Translations under genes and position numbers: made by a program
Notes under the pieces: generated by a model
The model's input: only the letters and a program-made list of their open reading frames with translations
Told to the model about the DNA's origin: nothing
The model's database searches: none
DNA from: Selenomonadaceae bacterium
GTDB taxonomy: Bacteria > Vulcanimicrobiota > Xenobia > Xenobiales > JADMJV01
Assembly: GCA_037189585.1 (NCBI GenBank)
Contig: JBBCJA010000025.1
Coordinates: 1-22,079 of the forward strand
DNA: 22,079 bases
Reading direction: 5' to 3'
Shown: in pieces, positions 1-8,982 of the stretch
Layout: each line of letters opens with the position of its first letter
How positions within the stretch are numbered: position 1 is the first letter of the stretch

Positions 1-1
1 T

Positions 2-142
2 CGCTCGATCTTTTACGGAGTGGATGGCACAGGCATGGTACCTTTTGAAGGACTTCTGACTCCGGAAGAGGTTTGGGACGTGGTCCACTTCGTCCGCTCG
101 CGACAACGAAAGCTTGAAGCGTCCTCTCCACCACAGCCCTAA
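2..142 (+). CDS. C-terminal fragment of a monohaem c-type cytochrome (5' end outside window)
   Basis: The frame is open from the window edge to TAA at 140-142. It translates to ...GVDGTGMVPFEGLLTPEEVWDVVHFVRSRQRKLEASSPPQP*. This resembles the conserved C-terminal helix of class I cytochromes c (MPxF..LxxEEIxDVVxYVRS). Its stop overlaps the convergent kinase stop (CTAA). Confidence 0.45.
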   Translation, partial: RSIFYGVDGTGMVPFEGLLTPEEVWDVVHFVRSRQRKLEASSPPQP

Positions 143-1416
143 AGTCGCTCCAACTCGGCCAGCAAGGCCGTCCCGTCAGGCGGCCTGTCGCCCGGCTCCT
201 TAGCCAGCATCCGAGCCAAGAGGTCAGCGGTGGCCTGACTGACTTCGGGAGAATATTCTCTCACATCGATGGGCGTCTTGTTGAGATGGGCCATGGCAAG
301 CTCCAGCAGGGTGGATTCATCCTCAAACGGCGCCCGGCCAGCCAGCAACATGTACCAGGTGACCCCCAGGGAATAGATGTCGGAGGGTGGTGCGAGCTCT
401 TTTTCCGCGAACTGTTCCGGGCTCATGAATTCTGGGGTTCCGAGCAGCCGATTTTCCTGAGTCAGCCGACCATCTCGAGGGTCGCTGGGCCGAGCGAGTC
501 CAAAATCGACCAGCTTCACCGCTTCCTCGGTCAACAGAATATTGGAGGGCTTGATGTCGCGATGAATGACTCCGTGAGCATGAGCCGCGGCCAAGCCCAG
601 AGCTGTCTCCTTCACGACTCGCAGAGCCGCCTCGGGCGCTAGCTTGCCTTCTCGGTCCAGCCGGCTGGCCAAACTTTCTCCCTCCACGAGCTGCATGGCC
701 AGGAAATAGCGACCCTGCCACTTCCCGACTTCGTAAATCCCCACCACGTTCGGGTGATCGATCCGGGCGGCAAGTTTGGCCTCCCGGCGAAAGCGGGCCA
801 GAACCTCCGGATTCTCATCGAAATTCGCCTGCAAGATCTTAAGCGCGACTGGCCGATCCAAGGCCTGGTTCATGGCCCGATAAACCTCGCCCATCGCGCC
901 TTTGCCCAGGATTCCCTTCAAGCGATACGGGCCAAGTATCGTACCGGGCTGAAGATCGATCACCTCAGTCAAAACTTCGCCCGTTCCCCTACCGGAAAGG
1001 TCCGGAACCTCCACCACCTCATGCCCGGCCGCGAACCGCAAAAGGCTCTGAGCTCGGATACGCGCCTCGGTGACGGCGAGATCGATCGGTTTGGTCACAT
1101 AGTCGTTGGCCCCACCGGCGAAAGCGGCGACCACGTCCGGGCTCTCGTCCCGGGCGGAAATCATGATGACGGGAAGTTCCGTTTGAGTGAACCGCTCGCG
1201 CACTTTAGCCAGAACCTCCAAACCGTTGAGTCCGGGCATCTCGATGTCCAATAGCAGCAGATCGAAACGCCCGCTCAAAGCCAGCTCCAGGGCTTCATGC
1301 CCGTCGCCGGCCTGCTCCACATGGTAGCCGCAGTTGGTCAGATGCAAGCTGAGCACCGCCCGGCCGGTCTTGTAGTCGTCGGCGATCAGAAGGCGGACAG
1401 AATGATGCTGTTGCAC
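139..1416 (-). CDS. Response-regulator receiver domain fused to a Hanks-type Ser/Thr protein kinase
   Basis: N-terminal REC motifs are present: LLIADD, a phospho-acceptor Asp in LLLLDIEMPGLNG, and a conserved Lys in VTKPIDL. C-terminal kinase motifs are GKGAMGEVY (Gly loop), VALKIL, HRDIKPSNILL (catalytic loop), DFGLAR and GTPEFMSPE. The start codon is GTG at 1416..1414, two nt after the upstream stop, which suggests translational coupling. Confidence 0.85.
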   Translation of the reverse strand: MQQHHSVRLLIADDYKTGRAVLSLHLTNCGYHVEQAGDGHEALELALSGRFDLLLLDIEMPGLNGLEVLAKVRERFTQTELPVIMISARDESPDVVAAFAGGANDYVTKPIDLAVTEARIRAQSLLRFAAGHEVVEVPDLSGRGTGEVLTEVIDLQPGTILGPYRLKGILGKGAMGEVYRAMNQALDRPVALKILQANFDENPEVLARFRREAKLAARIDHPNVVGIYEVGKWQGRYFLAMQLVEGESLASRLDREGKLAPEAALRVVKETALGLAAAHAHGVIHRDIKPSNILLTEEAVKLVDFGLARPSDPRDGRLTQENRLLGTPEFMSPEQFAEKELAPPSDIYSLGVTWYMLLAGRAPFEDESTLLELAMAHLNKTPIDVREYSPEVSQATADLLARMLAKEPGDRPPDGTALLAELERL

Positions 1417-1418
1417 TG

Positions 1419-2411
1419 TTAGTAGGAATCGACGTTGCCCAGTCGGTCTCCTATAGCGAGGTTGGCTACCATAGCTTCCCGTAGCTCCCTCGTGGTTTGT
1501 GTCGTCGCGTAAAACGAGGCCTCTCTGGCCAGGCGCCCGACCGGATGGTCGATAGCGTGAGCTCGCCCTCCCACCGTGACCAGAGCCGCCCCAACGGCAC
1601 TACCGGCAAGACTGAGAGCTTGCAATCGCAAGGTTGTGGCGGTGGTCCAGGTTGGCTCTAGTTCCCAACGGTCCATCTTTTGATGCTGGCGCTCCAAGTG
1701 GTCAAGCAGCGCTTGCCTGGCGCTGTCCGGCAGGAACACCGCGCAGGCCCTGGCGACGCCCAGAGAGCGGGCCGACTGCATGACGGTGGCGTGCATATCC
1801 GCATGATTCATGCTGGATGCGTCATTTTCTAGGACGACCTCGGACCGTCGGACGGTGACCTCCTGGAGTCCCAGAGTCGCGGTCGCGGTGGCGTTCATCA
1901 CGGCAAGCCGAGGTGGTGTCCCGACCGAAACTCCGGGAACGTCCAGGCCCACGAGCGCCATCAAGAATCTCTCCTCTGAAGTCGCACCAGCGAGCAAGAG
2001 CTTTTCCATCAACCCCACTCCGGAAAACCACGGCCCTAACCCGCTGTAGACCAGCTCCTCACCGCACTCCGCGACTCTCACCGGTGAGGGGCTACGACGC
2101 AGATGGGCAAAACAGATCCCGATCCATTCCCGGCCTGTTTCGGCCGCGGGATAAAGGGGATGTCCAGCCTGCAAGAGTCGTCGGCACGAGGCTTCGTGTT
2201 GGCTGGCCAAAAACGCCGTCGTTCCGCATGCCGAGGACAGATGGTCGAGCAGGCGGCGGCGCTCGGCCGCATCGGCTCGGGCCGTGGTGGCGAAGTAGCC
2301 GGCTTGAGCTAAAAGCTCCAGCTGTCCTTTAGGGGGCGTGACGGAAAGGTCGACTTCCGTCGCGTTCGCTCGTATCTGGTGGCAGACATCCACCAAATCG
2401 TCAATCGTCAT
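1419..2411 (-). CDS. Acyl-CoA dehydrogenase-fold protein (divergent)
   Basis: The protein is 330 aa. Its blocks align to the ACAD N-terminal, middle and C-terminal domains: ELLAQAGYF, the segment GEELVYSGLGPWFSGVG...LLAGA (like GxxWxLNGxKxFIT), FLMALVGLDVPGVSVG (like FLVxxxxPGV), and HPVGRLAREASFY (like ERxxRDA). It lies 14 bp downstream of the VIT-vWA gene in the same operon. Confidence 0.5.
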   Translation of the reverse strand: MTIDDLVDVCHQIRANATEVDLSVTPPKGQLELLAQAGYFATTARADAAERRRLLDHLSSACGTTAFLASQHEASCRRLLQAGHPLYPAAETGREWIGICFAHLRRSPSPVRVAECGEELVYSGLGPWFSGVGLMEKLLLAGATSEERFLMALVGLDVPGVSVGTPPRLAVMNATATATLGLQEVTVRRSEVVLENDASSMNHADMHATVMQSARSLGVARACAVFLPDSARQALLDHLERQHQKMDRWELEPTWTTATTLRLQALSLAGSAVGAALVTVGGRAHAIDHPVGRLAREASFYATTQTTRELREAMVANLAIGDRLGNVDSY

Positions 2412-2425
2412 GGATTTTACGTATG

Positions 2426-5400
2426 TTAGGCAGCCGCCAGGTCGCGTCGACGTAGAGCGTCGAGAGCCAGGGCCACGTCCTCACTTTTCACCGGGCGGAA
2501 AGTTGGCGGTAGTCCGGGCCTGTGCATCAGGTCGAGCACTTCCAGTCCTCGCTGCTCGAGAACCTCGGTGATAAAGCGCACCTGCTCTTCAAGATCCGCC
2601 GCGTCCAGAGCCTGTCGGTTCTCGGCGTAGATCTCCGCGACATACTGAGCCAGGCGTTGACGGTCGAGCTCTCGATCGGCCAATCCGGAAACAAGCTCTA
2701 TCAAAAGCCACGATTCGTCCAAGGCTACGTACAGTCCACCCGTGACTTTCGCCACCGTCTCGAAGACCGCTTCGGCACCTCGGAAATTTCGAATCCCGCG
2801 GCAGCCCACCGTATGAACGGTAATACCCATCTCTCGACAGCCTTCGGCCTGAGTGTACCAGTGGCGTCCACAAGGGCAGCCCTCGGGGAATCCATCGCCC
2901 TCGGGTTCCACTCCGTGAGGAGGTGCATCCCCGACCATCACCACCAGACGGGCGGCCTCGCCATCCCAGTCCAGGTTCAACAGGTCGTGCAGTCCATCGG
3001 TGACGGCCTCCGGACCGTCTCCCCCACCGCTGGCTCGCATCCGTTGCACCGCGGCCGAAATCTCGTTCCAGTCGGAAGTCAAAGGCAGAACTCTGGTCAC
3101 GAAGGTCGCATCCTGGGGCGGATGGTCGCGGAAGGTCACCAGACCAAGCCGGAGCTCGGTGCACAGAGGAGAGCTACGCAAGACATTGATCAGCTCAAGC
3201 AAACGCTCTTGAACTTCCTGAATGTAGGGCCCCATGCTGCCCGTCTCGTCTATCAAAAAGACCAGATCGAGACGGCCAACGACGAGTTCCCGAGCTCTCG
3301 CCAGCTCCTCGGCGGAATAGAGAGCACGCTCTTTGTTGCCGGTAAGGCCAACCGGAGTTTGCAGGTTCTGACCCCTAGGCGGAGGTGGGGAGGGAATCGT
3401 CCACGAGCTGCAGGACCGCTTCGGAGGGGCGGAAGAGGCGGGAGGTTTATCATCGAAGAGGCCATGAACCGGCTCGTCCTCGCCCGAAAAGAGGCCTTCG
3501 ATGACGTAGTGGTCGACATCGAAGTTGCCATCCCCGGCGGAGGACGCACCGTCGTCGTCAAAGAGGCCTTCGGAGACGCTCAAATCCGGAGCAGCGGCGA
3601 AGGACTCGCTGTCGTCAAAGAGACTACTTTCGGAGACTGGGGAGAAAGCCGGTTCGGGAGCGGTCTCGCCGACCGCTCCGAAGAGGTCGCCGCCATCCGG
3701 GAAAGGCTCTTCGAAAACGCAATCGTCATCGACGTAAGCCTCTGGACTTGGCGATGGAGGTAGTGGCGGCGAGGCGCTTCTTAGCACCACAGTCTCGGGG
3801 AAACTCCTAGCCCCCAACATCGGGCGGTGGCCCAAAGTAGGCTTCTCCGAAGCAAAGGTTCGAGACACCAACCCCTTGCGTTCAGAGCGCGCTGAGTCAA
3901 GGGTACTCAGGCGCACCGGGCGGTCGGCCGGCGCGCTCTCGGCTCTCGGAGCCGATCTGGTCGCCGAGCGCCTCAGGCCGATGTCGGGTCCAACAGATTC
4001 CGCCGCGTCCACCGTGTGGGATGGTCCCTCGGGATCCACCGTCACCTCCTGGTCATCGGCCACCAACGCGGTGTACGGACTCATCAAGTGGTGCTTCAAG
4101 GCCAATCCCAGAGTCTCCAGGCGAACCTCGCTGAGACGCTCGGGATGGCGGACCAGTTGGTCCTGCAGCTCCTCGATCCTCTCACGAGCCCACACGCGCT
4201 CGATCCCGGGAGCTTCCTGGCTGTACTCGGGAAGGGTCAACCCCACCTCTTGCAAAAACGGTGTCCCGTCCGCGTTCGTCCCACGCACGCGTAGGGTGGC
4301 TGGGCCCTCACCGATGAATCGTCCGGTCAGTCTCAGAATCTGTCCAGAGAAAAGTTCGCGGCCGCCCCTGGGATAGATGTCCATCCCCTGCCCTTGCCCG
4401 CTCTCCACCTCCACCGTGACATTGGAGAGGATCGGGGCGGCCTGGGCCACTCTTTGGGCGAAACGCTCCAGCAGATGGGCCTCCCCACCCTGACTGACCT
4501 CAAAGGCGCCCCGGCCAAAACGAGCCAGCTTGTCGATCAGGTATCGGTTGGGCGTATTGCCCACACCCATCACGTAGAGTCTGGTGTCCTTGAGCCACTT
4601 GGGCAGTTCGCGCAGCAGCCGTCCCTCGTTTCCAACGGCACCGTCGGTGATCAAGACCGCGACCCGAGCTCGTCCATTTCCGGTCTCGGACCCCGCGGCG
4701 CGGAGCGCGACCTCAAGCTCGGTTCCTCCTTTGACCTTCTGTCCCTCGAGAAACTCCAGCGCGCGGACTTTGGAAGTCTCGTCGCAGGGCAACCACTCGG
4801 ACGAGAGTTCCAAAAGCTCGTGATGAAACGCGATCAGACGGAACCGGTCCGAAGGAGAAAGCTTGGAAAGGCAACTAGAAACAGCCTCCACAGCGGCCGT
4901 CAATCGACCAACCGAGGCCGAGAGATCGACCAAGAAAACGACGTCCTTACCTTCCGTGGTCTTCTCCTCCGGCTGGACCCTTTGATACACGCCGCAGTAG
5001 TCGCACTGCCAAGCATGACCTAATCCCGGAATCTCCGAGACCGCCTCTTTCGAACCCATGGGCGCTCCACAGTTGCCGCAACTATAGCCCTCCACGTTGG
5101 TGGTTTCCTGGGCTCCGAGCGCGACTGGGGCGGGGATGGTCAGGGCAAAAGTTCCGGGTTTGTCGAGGGCCCGCTCGTACCACACTTGTGGAAGTAGTCC
5201 CCGGTTCTGACAAGGCCAGACCAAAACGAAATCACGATTAGCGACTTTCTCCTCTGGGTCCAGGCTAACCCGAAAGCGGTCACCGTGAGTCTCGACTTTC
5301 ACCGCGTGAGAAGGGGAATAAGGAGCCGTCCGGCCGTCCACGGCCCTGAGCTCGAACTCGAGTGACACCGGACTCTGGCGCTCGGTCGATCGCGGGCGTG

Positions 5401-5932
5401 GGGGCCGGATCCGAGCGCCGTCCGCGACCTCGGTCGTTCCATGTCCCTCCGGCATGCCGGAATAGTAACGTTCGGAAGCCACCATCGGAAAAGCGAAACG
5501 CCACTCGCCGAAATCGTAAGCCACCGGTTCCTGATACTCCATCAAGACCTCGATGGTCGCGCCAGCGGAGATGTTGGCCACGGATAGAGTGAAGAGGTTC
5601 GGTCGCTCTTGCTCTAAAAGGGTGGCGGCGCGGCCTTCCGAGCGGGCCTTCTCGTAAACCCGGCGGGCCTCTTCCTTCTCTTTGACCACCGCCTTGACCA
5701 CCCGATCGGCGATGCGAAACTCCATACGGAAGACGGAGCCTTGATGGGGAAGCGGAAAGAGATAAGTGGCCTCTAAAGTCTCGTTTGTAGGGTTACGAAA
5801 ACTTTGCCGCACCTCCACCTGGGCCAGCGGTCCTCGGACCGAGGCTTTGACTTTCGTCCATTCCAGGGGAAGAACGCGCCCGTCGAGCGTCTGTAGAGTG
5901 CCTTCACTAATTCTGGGTTCAGTGGCTTGCAT
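2426..5932 (-). CDS. Large cytoplasmic VIT - zinc ribbon - vWA - disordered acidic-repeat linker - vWA (Cys-cluster) protein
   Basis: The ORF is open from a TTG at 6145, but that overlaps the upstream gene. The ATG at 5932..5930 (M72) lies 44 bp after the upstream stop and gives about 1168 aa. An ATG at 6028 is an alternative start. The VIT domain is aa 80-230 with the hallmark TYLFPLP. A CxxC-x20-CxxC zinc ribbon is at aa 357-384. vWA-1 has MIDAS DLSASVG at aa 405. A Ser/Pro-rich, acidic disordered region spans aa 700-940. vWA-2 begins LVFLIDETGSMG at aa 961 and has an inserted CPCGRHWYTQAEGCREMGITVHTVGC cluster. There is no signal peptide. Confidence 0.8.
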   Translation of the reverse strand: MQATEPRISEGTLQTLDGRVLPLEWTKVKASVRGPLAQVEVRQSFRNPTNETLEATYLFPLPHQGSVFRMEFRIADRVVKAVVKEKEEARRVYEKARSEGRAATLLEQERPNLFTLSVANISAGATIEVLMEYQEPVAYDFGEWRFAFPMVASERYYSGMPEGHGTTEVADGARIRPPRPRSTERQSPVSLEFELRAVDGRTAPYSPSHAVKVETHGDRFRVSLDPEEKVANRDFVLVWPCQNRGLLPQVWYERALDKPGTFALTIPAPVALGAQETTNVEGYSCGNCGAPMGSKEAVSEIPGLGHAWQCDYCGVYQRVQPEEKTTEGKDVVFLVDLSASVGRLTAAVEAVSSCLSKLSPSDRFRLIAFHHELLELSSEWLPCDETSKVRALEFLEGQKVKGGTELEVALRAAGSETGNGRARVAVLITDGAVGNEGRLLRELPKWLKDTRLYVMGVGNTPNRYLIDKLARFGRGAFEVSQGGEAHLLERFAQRVAQAAPILSNVTVEVESGQGQGMDIYPRGGRELFSGQILRLTGRFIGEGPATLRVRGTNADGTPFLQEVGLTLPEYSQEAPGIERVWARERIEELQDQLVRHPERLSEVRLETLGLALKHHLMSPYTALVADDQEVTVDPEGPSHTVDAAESVGPDIGLRRSATRSAPRAESAPADRPVRLSTLDSARSERKGLVSRTFASEKPTLGHRPMLGARSFPETVVLRSASPPLPPSPSPEAYVDDDCVFEEPFPDGGDLFGAVGETAPEPAFSPVSESSLFDDSESFAAAPDLSVSEGLFDDDGASSAGDGNFDVDHYVIEGLFSGEDEPVHGLFDDKPPASSAPPKRSCSSWTIPSPPPPRGQNLQTPVGLTGNKERALYSAEELARARELVVGRLDLVFLIDETGSMGPYIQEVQERLLELINVLRSSPLCTELRLGLVTFRDHPPQDATFVTRVLPLTSDWNEISAAVQRMRASGGGDGPEAVTDGLHDLLNLDWDGEAARLVVMVGDAPPHGVEPEGDGFPEGCPCGRHWYTQAEGCREMGITVHTVGCRGIRNFRGAEAVFETVAKVTGGLYVALDESWLLIELVSGLADRELDRQRLAQYVAEIYAENRQALDAADLEEQVRFITEVLEQRGLEVLDLMHRPGLPPTFRPVKSEDVALALDALRRRDLAAA

Positions 5933-5975
5933 TTCCACAGCTTCGAGCTTGAAGCGATCGACCCCTTGACCAAAA

Positions 5976-7211
5976 TCAACGTGCGACGACTTGAAGACTA
6001 TGGTAGATCTCACCGCTTTGAATCTCATTAAGAAACGACTCTCCGCGCAGACGTTCCCGTGTCGGATAGCTCTTGAGATACTCGTGAGCGCGCACGACGA
6101 GCGCTCGGTCGCGCACCTTGTCGGCGGCTTCGGTGAGATCCTCAAAATAGAGAGGGTAGTCCGCTCCCAAATATTCCACCACCGGAGGTAGAGGGTTCAC
6201 CAAAATCGGCGTGGTTCTCGCGATACATTCCACAATCGCGTTGTTCGCCGAGGAGTCGTAAAGGTGAACGAAAGCCACGTTCTCGCTCAGCCAGCTATCA
6301 TACTCCTGGTTGGTTAGCCCCACCACGCGACGGACGTTGGTCCAGTCGGGAGTTCCTTCGTGGGAAAGGATCAACTGGAAAGTGTCTTCCAACCCCTGCA
6401 GACCCGAGGGCACAAGCCAGATCTTCTCATAGTCGTCATAGACCGGCAGGTCAAAAATGCTGATCAGCCGGCGCAGCCACCATCCCACCTGAATAATTTT
6501 CGGCGAGGTGTTCTTGAGGAAGCGTTCCGGATCAAATTGCGCCTCGGGAAACTCCGTGGGGTGCAAGACGACTTCCACCGGTTTCCCTGTCCTCTCGCGC
6601 AGCCAAGTCGCCAAGTATTCCGACAGAGTGTAGAACCCCCGACAGTTCGGGAGACTCTCCTGGAAGGCGGGATGACTAAGAATCTGCTCTGGAGAGCCCG
6701 TACTTAGAGGATACCAGGACGGCATCTCCAGCGGATTGTGCAGAAAGCCGACCCAGTCGCGCCGATAGGGCGGCTTTCGGCCTTCCCAACATCGGCCCGC
6801 GTAACGCGCCATGGCGAAGCTGTTTTCCAAGAAGCCGTCGAGCAGAATTCCACCTTCGTTATGCAAGGGTCTCAAATGGTGCAGCGCGTAGGCCCAGCCA
6901 CTTCGATGGTGGGAAAAGCGCCGCTGACGGCGCAGGCAGAAGCGCCCCTCCGGATGGTTCACCAACTCATTGTCGGCCAGGACCTCTTCACACAGTTCGC
7001 TCAGCATGAAGAACTCCGAGTGGTCCTTGGGATAACGCCGGCAGATCTCGAGTGACTCCTGGGCCTCGCCTTCCATCAGAAGAAGCTCCGCCAGAAGCCT
7101 CCAGGCCGGTTCGTACCCGGGCTCTTTTTCCACCACCTGCCGACAGGCGGCGATCGCGGTGGGCAGGTTGCCCTTGGCGGCCCAGGCACGAGCTAAGATA
7201 AATCCTTTCAT
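5976..7211 (-). CDS. TPR-repeat protein with C-terminal domain of unknown function (possibly GT-B-like fold)
   Basis: The protein is 411 aa with an ATG start at 7211 that overlaps the upstream stop (ATGA). The N-terminus has TPR-like helices (ARAWAAKGNLPTAIAACRQVVEKEPGYEPAWRLLAELLLMEGEAQ). The C-terminal block LYDSSANNAIVECIARTTPILVNPLPPVVEYLGADYPLYF resembles the nucleotide-sugar-binding half of GT-B glycosyltransferases. I saw no sulfotransferase PAPS motifs. Confidence 0.5.
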   Translation of the reverse strand: MKGFILARAWAAKGNLPTAIAACRQVVEKEPGYEPAWRLLAELLLMEGEAQESLEICRRYPKDHSEFFMLSELCEEVLADNELVNHPEGRFCLRRQRRFSHHRSGWAYALHHLRPLHNEGGILLDGFLENSFAMARYAGRCWEGRKPPYRRDWVGFLHNPLEMPSWYPLSTGSPEQILSHPAFQESLPNCRGFYTLSEYLATWLRERTGKPVEVVLHPTEFPEAQFDPERFLKNTSPKIIQVGWWLRRLISIFDLPVYDDYEKIWLVPSGLQGLEDTFQLILSHEGTPDWTNVRRVVGLTNQEYDSWLSENVAFVHLYDSSANNAIVECIARTTPILVNPLPPVVEYLGADYPLYFEDLTEAADKVRDRALVVRAHEYLKSYPTRERLRGESFLNEIQSGEIYHSLQVVAR

Positions 7212-8281
7212 AACAAAGTTTCCAAGAGACGCGGCACCGCTTCGACATCGCTGCCCAACTCTAAAACATAGGCCGGCGCCTGCCGCAAAATCGTGGCCAT
7301 TCGCGCCAAACTGGCCTGCCCGGTGCCGGCAAGTTGAAACAGGGTTGTCGGCGCCAGGGCCAAAAGAGCCGCTGACCCGGACAATTCCTGAAGTCGACTC
7401 TCCCTGGCTTGGACCGGCGGTATGCGAGGTACGACGACCGCCTTAAGGGGAGCCTCGTTCAATACCTGTTGGGGCCGATGAGCGTGAACGTCCAGCAGAA
7501 TCTTATCTCCTTCCTCGCGTTGCCGATTCTCCACCGCGGCCGACCACTCGGGGAAACGGTCAAGGTCCATCTCTCCGACCAGTTTGGCCGTGCCGTAGAG
7601 ACACCAGATGCGCCCCTGTCCAGCCAGGCAGTAGTCGTCGGCCAGGTAGCCCATCCCGGCTCTAAGACACGACAGAGCCGTGCTGGACTTTCCCGAGCCC
7701 CCGGCCCCGGTCAGAAGTATGGCGCCGTCGGCCGAACCGACCGCCGCGGCGTGGAGATACTGCAGTCCCTGTCCTTCGGCCCACCAGTTCAGGATCGTCT
7801 GTAGTGGTGAACCCAACTCCCAATAAGGGATCTTCTTCGCGTCCTCGACCCAGTAGAGAGCCTGAGCTCTCTGTCGATCCAGGACACTCAGGATTTTGCA
7901 TGGCCCCTGACGATAGACGGTGAAAATCCTGTCGTCATTGAAACCTCTCAATTCGTGCCTGGCGTCTAGGGCCTCATAGATCGAATGATTGACGGCCGAG
8001 AAGAGAGCGCGCACCAGCAGGGGCAGATAGCGACCTTCTCCCCCACCGTCCCAAAGGGAGACAGTTAAGGAAGGAGAGGCATCGATCTGTTTCACTTTCC
8101 AAGGGCGAAGAGCTGGTACCAGGCGCTCCAAAGGCTCAGCCCCGGCACTCAGCAGACTGATCGTTTGTCCACCTAAAGCTCCGTCCCAGCGAACCTGCCC
8201 CAGCTCCGTCTCGGCCTGACGATACGTCCGAGAGAGAATGTCAAAAAACTCGACTCGTTCCTGTTCCACAGTGAAGGTCAA
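7208..8281 (-). CDS. HprK-related P-loop kinase (HPr kinase/phosphorylase C-terminal-domain homologue)
   Basis: ILLTGAGGSGKSSTALSCLRAGMGYLADD matches the HprK Walker-A/kinase core (vLitGpSGsGKSelAL..rGh.LVaDD). There is no in-frame ATG near the 5' end. The start is TTG at 8281, overlapping the GT2 stop as TTGA, or GTG at 8269. The stop overlaps the next gene's ATG. Confidence 0.7.
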   Translation of the reverse strand: MTFTVEQERVEFFDILSRTYRQAETELGQVRWDGALGGQTISLLSAGAEPLERLVPALRPWKVKQIDASPSLTVSLWDGGGEGRYLPLLVRALFSAVNHSIYEALDARHELRGFNDDRIFTVYRQGPCKILSVLDRQRAQALYWVEDAKKIPYWELGSPLQTILNWWAEGQGLQYLHAAAVGSADGAILLTGAGGSGKSSTALSCLRAGMGYLADDYCLAGQGRIWCLYGTAKLVGEMDLDRFPEWSAAVENRQREEGDKILLDVHAHRPQQVLNEAPLKAVVVPRIPPVQARESRLQELSGSAALLALAPTTLFQLAGTGQASLARMATILRQAPAYVLELGSDVEAVPRLLETLL

Positions 8282-8982
8282 GTTAGAGACTCCTGAACCT
8301 GACGACGCCTTCGCAAGGCGGCCAGGACGACCTTGGCATAGTCTTGCCTGGCCTCCGGCTTCAAGCGACCCGAGTTGTGAGCGTGCAAGCGGCGCCGAAG
8401 AACCAGTTCCGGTAAGAGCGCGAAACGCGCCCCGTTCTCTTGCGCCCGCAAAACCCAGTCGACAAATTCCGCTGCCCGATACTCGGGGGTGAAGAGCCCC
8501 GTTCTTTCAAAAACTGAACGCCTCACCATAAAAGTCCCAGGCAGCTGGGCCTGCTGACGACGCGAATCGTGCGGGAATACCCCAGGAGGGTCGCTAAACT
8601 GCTCCGCCTCTCCAAAAACTCCATCGAATTCCGGTCGCGAGGACAGATAGTTCCATCCGGCGGTCAAGCGGCCCGGCAACATCAAGTCGTCAGCATCCAT
8701 GAAGGCCAGCCACTCTCCGAGTGCCGCCTTGACTCCAAGATTTCTCGCCGCGCTGGCGCCCAGATTGTCCTGACGAAAGCATTGTACCCGCGGAAACTCT
8801 CGAGCTATCTCGAGAGTCCCATCAGTGGACCCGTCGTCGATGAGCAAAATCTCCCTCACGGGAGAAACGCTGGCGAGAACGCTCTCAAGGCATGCTCGAA
8901 GATACTTTTCCCCGTTATAGACTGGAATAATAACGCTAATATCGAGCATATTCAGCGACTCTAAGACGCGACGGTAGGCCAT
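8278..8982 (-). CDS. Family-2 glycosyltransferase (GT-A fold)
   Basis: ISVIIPVYNGEKYLRACLESV...ILLIDDGSTDGT...FRQDNLGASAARNLG...FMDADD carries the canonical GT2 motifs, including DxD. The start is ATG at 8982 or at 8949, and it overlaps the PqqD-like gene's 3' end. Confidence 0.75.
   Translation of the reverse strand: MAYRRVLESLNMLDISVIIPVYNGEKYLRACLESVLASVSPVREILLIDDGSTDGTLEIAREFPRVQCFRQDNLGASAARNLGVKAALGEWLAFMDADDLMLPGRLTAGWNYLSSRPEFDGVFGEAEQFSDPPGVFPHDSRRQQAQLPGTFMVRRSVFERTGLFTPEYRAAEFVDWVLRAQENGARFALLPELVLRRRLHAHNSGRLKPEARQDYAKVVLAALRRRRQVQESLT

Noticed and set aside
286-1254. ORFs 286..642 (+), 323..721 (-) and 754..1254 (+) overlapping the REC-kinase gene
   Set aside because: These are alternative frames inside a gene with clear kinase motifs. 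They have no motifs or start context of their own.
2522-3763. 413-aa ORF on the plus strand, and the other long plus-strand ORFs at 3876..4376 and 4394..5023
   Set aside because: They lie entirely antisense to the VIT-vWA gene. They are low-complexity and Arg/Gly/Pro-rich, which is typical of spurious antisense frames in high-GC DNA.
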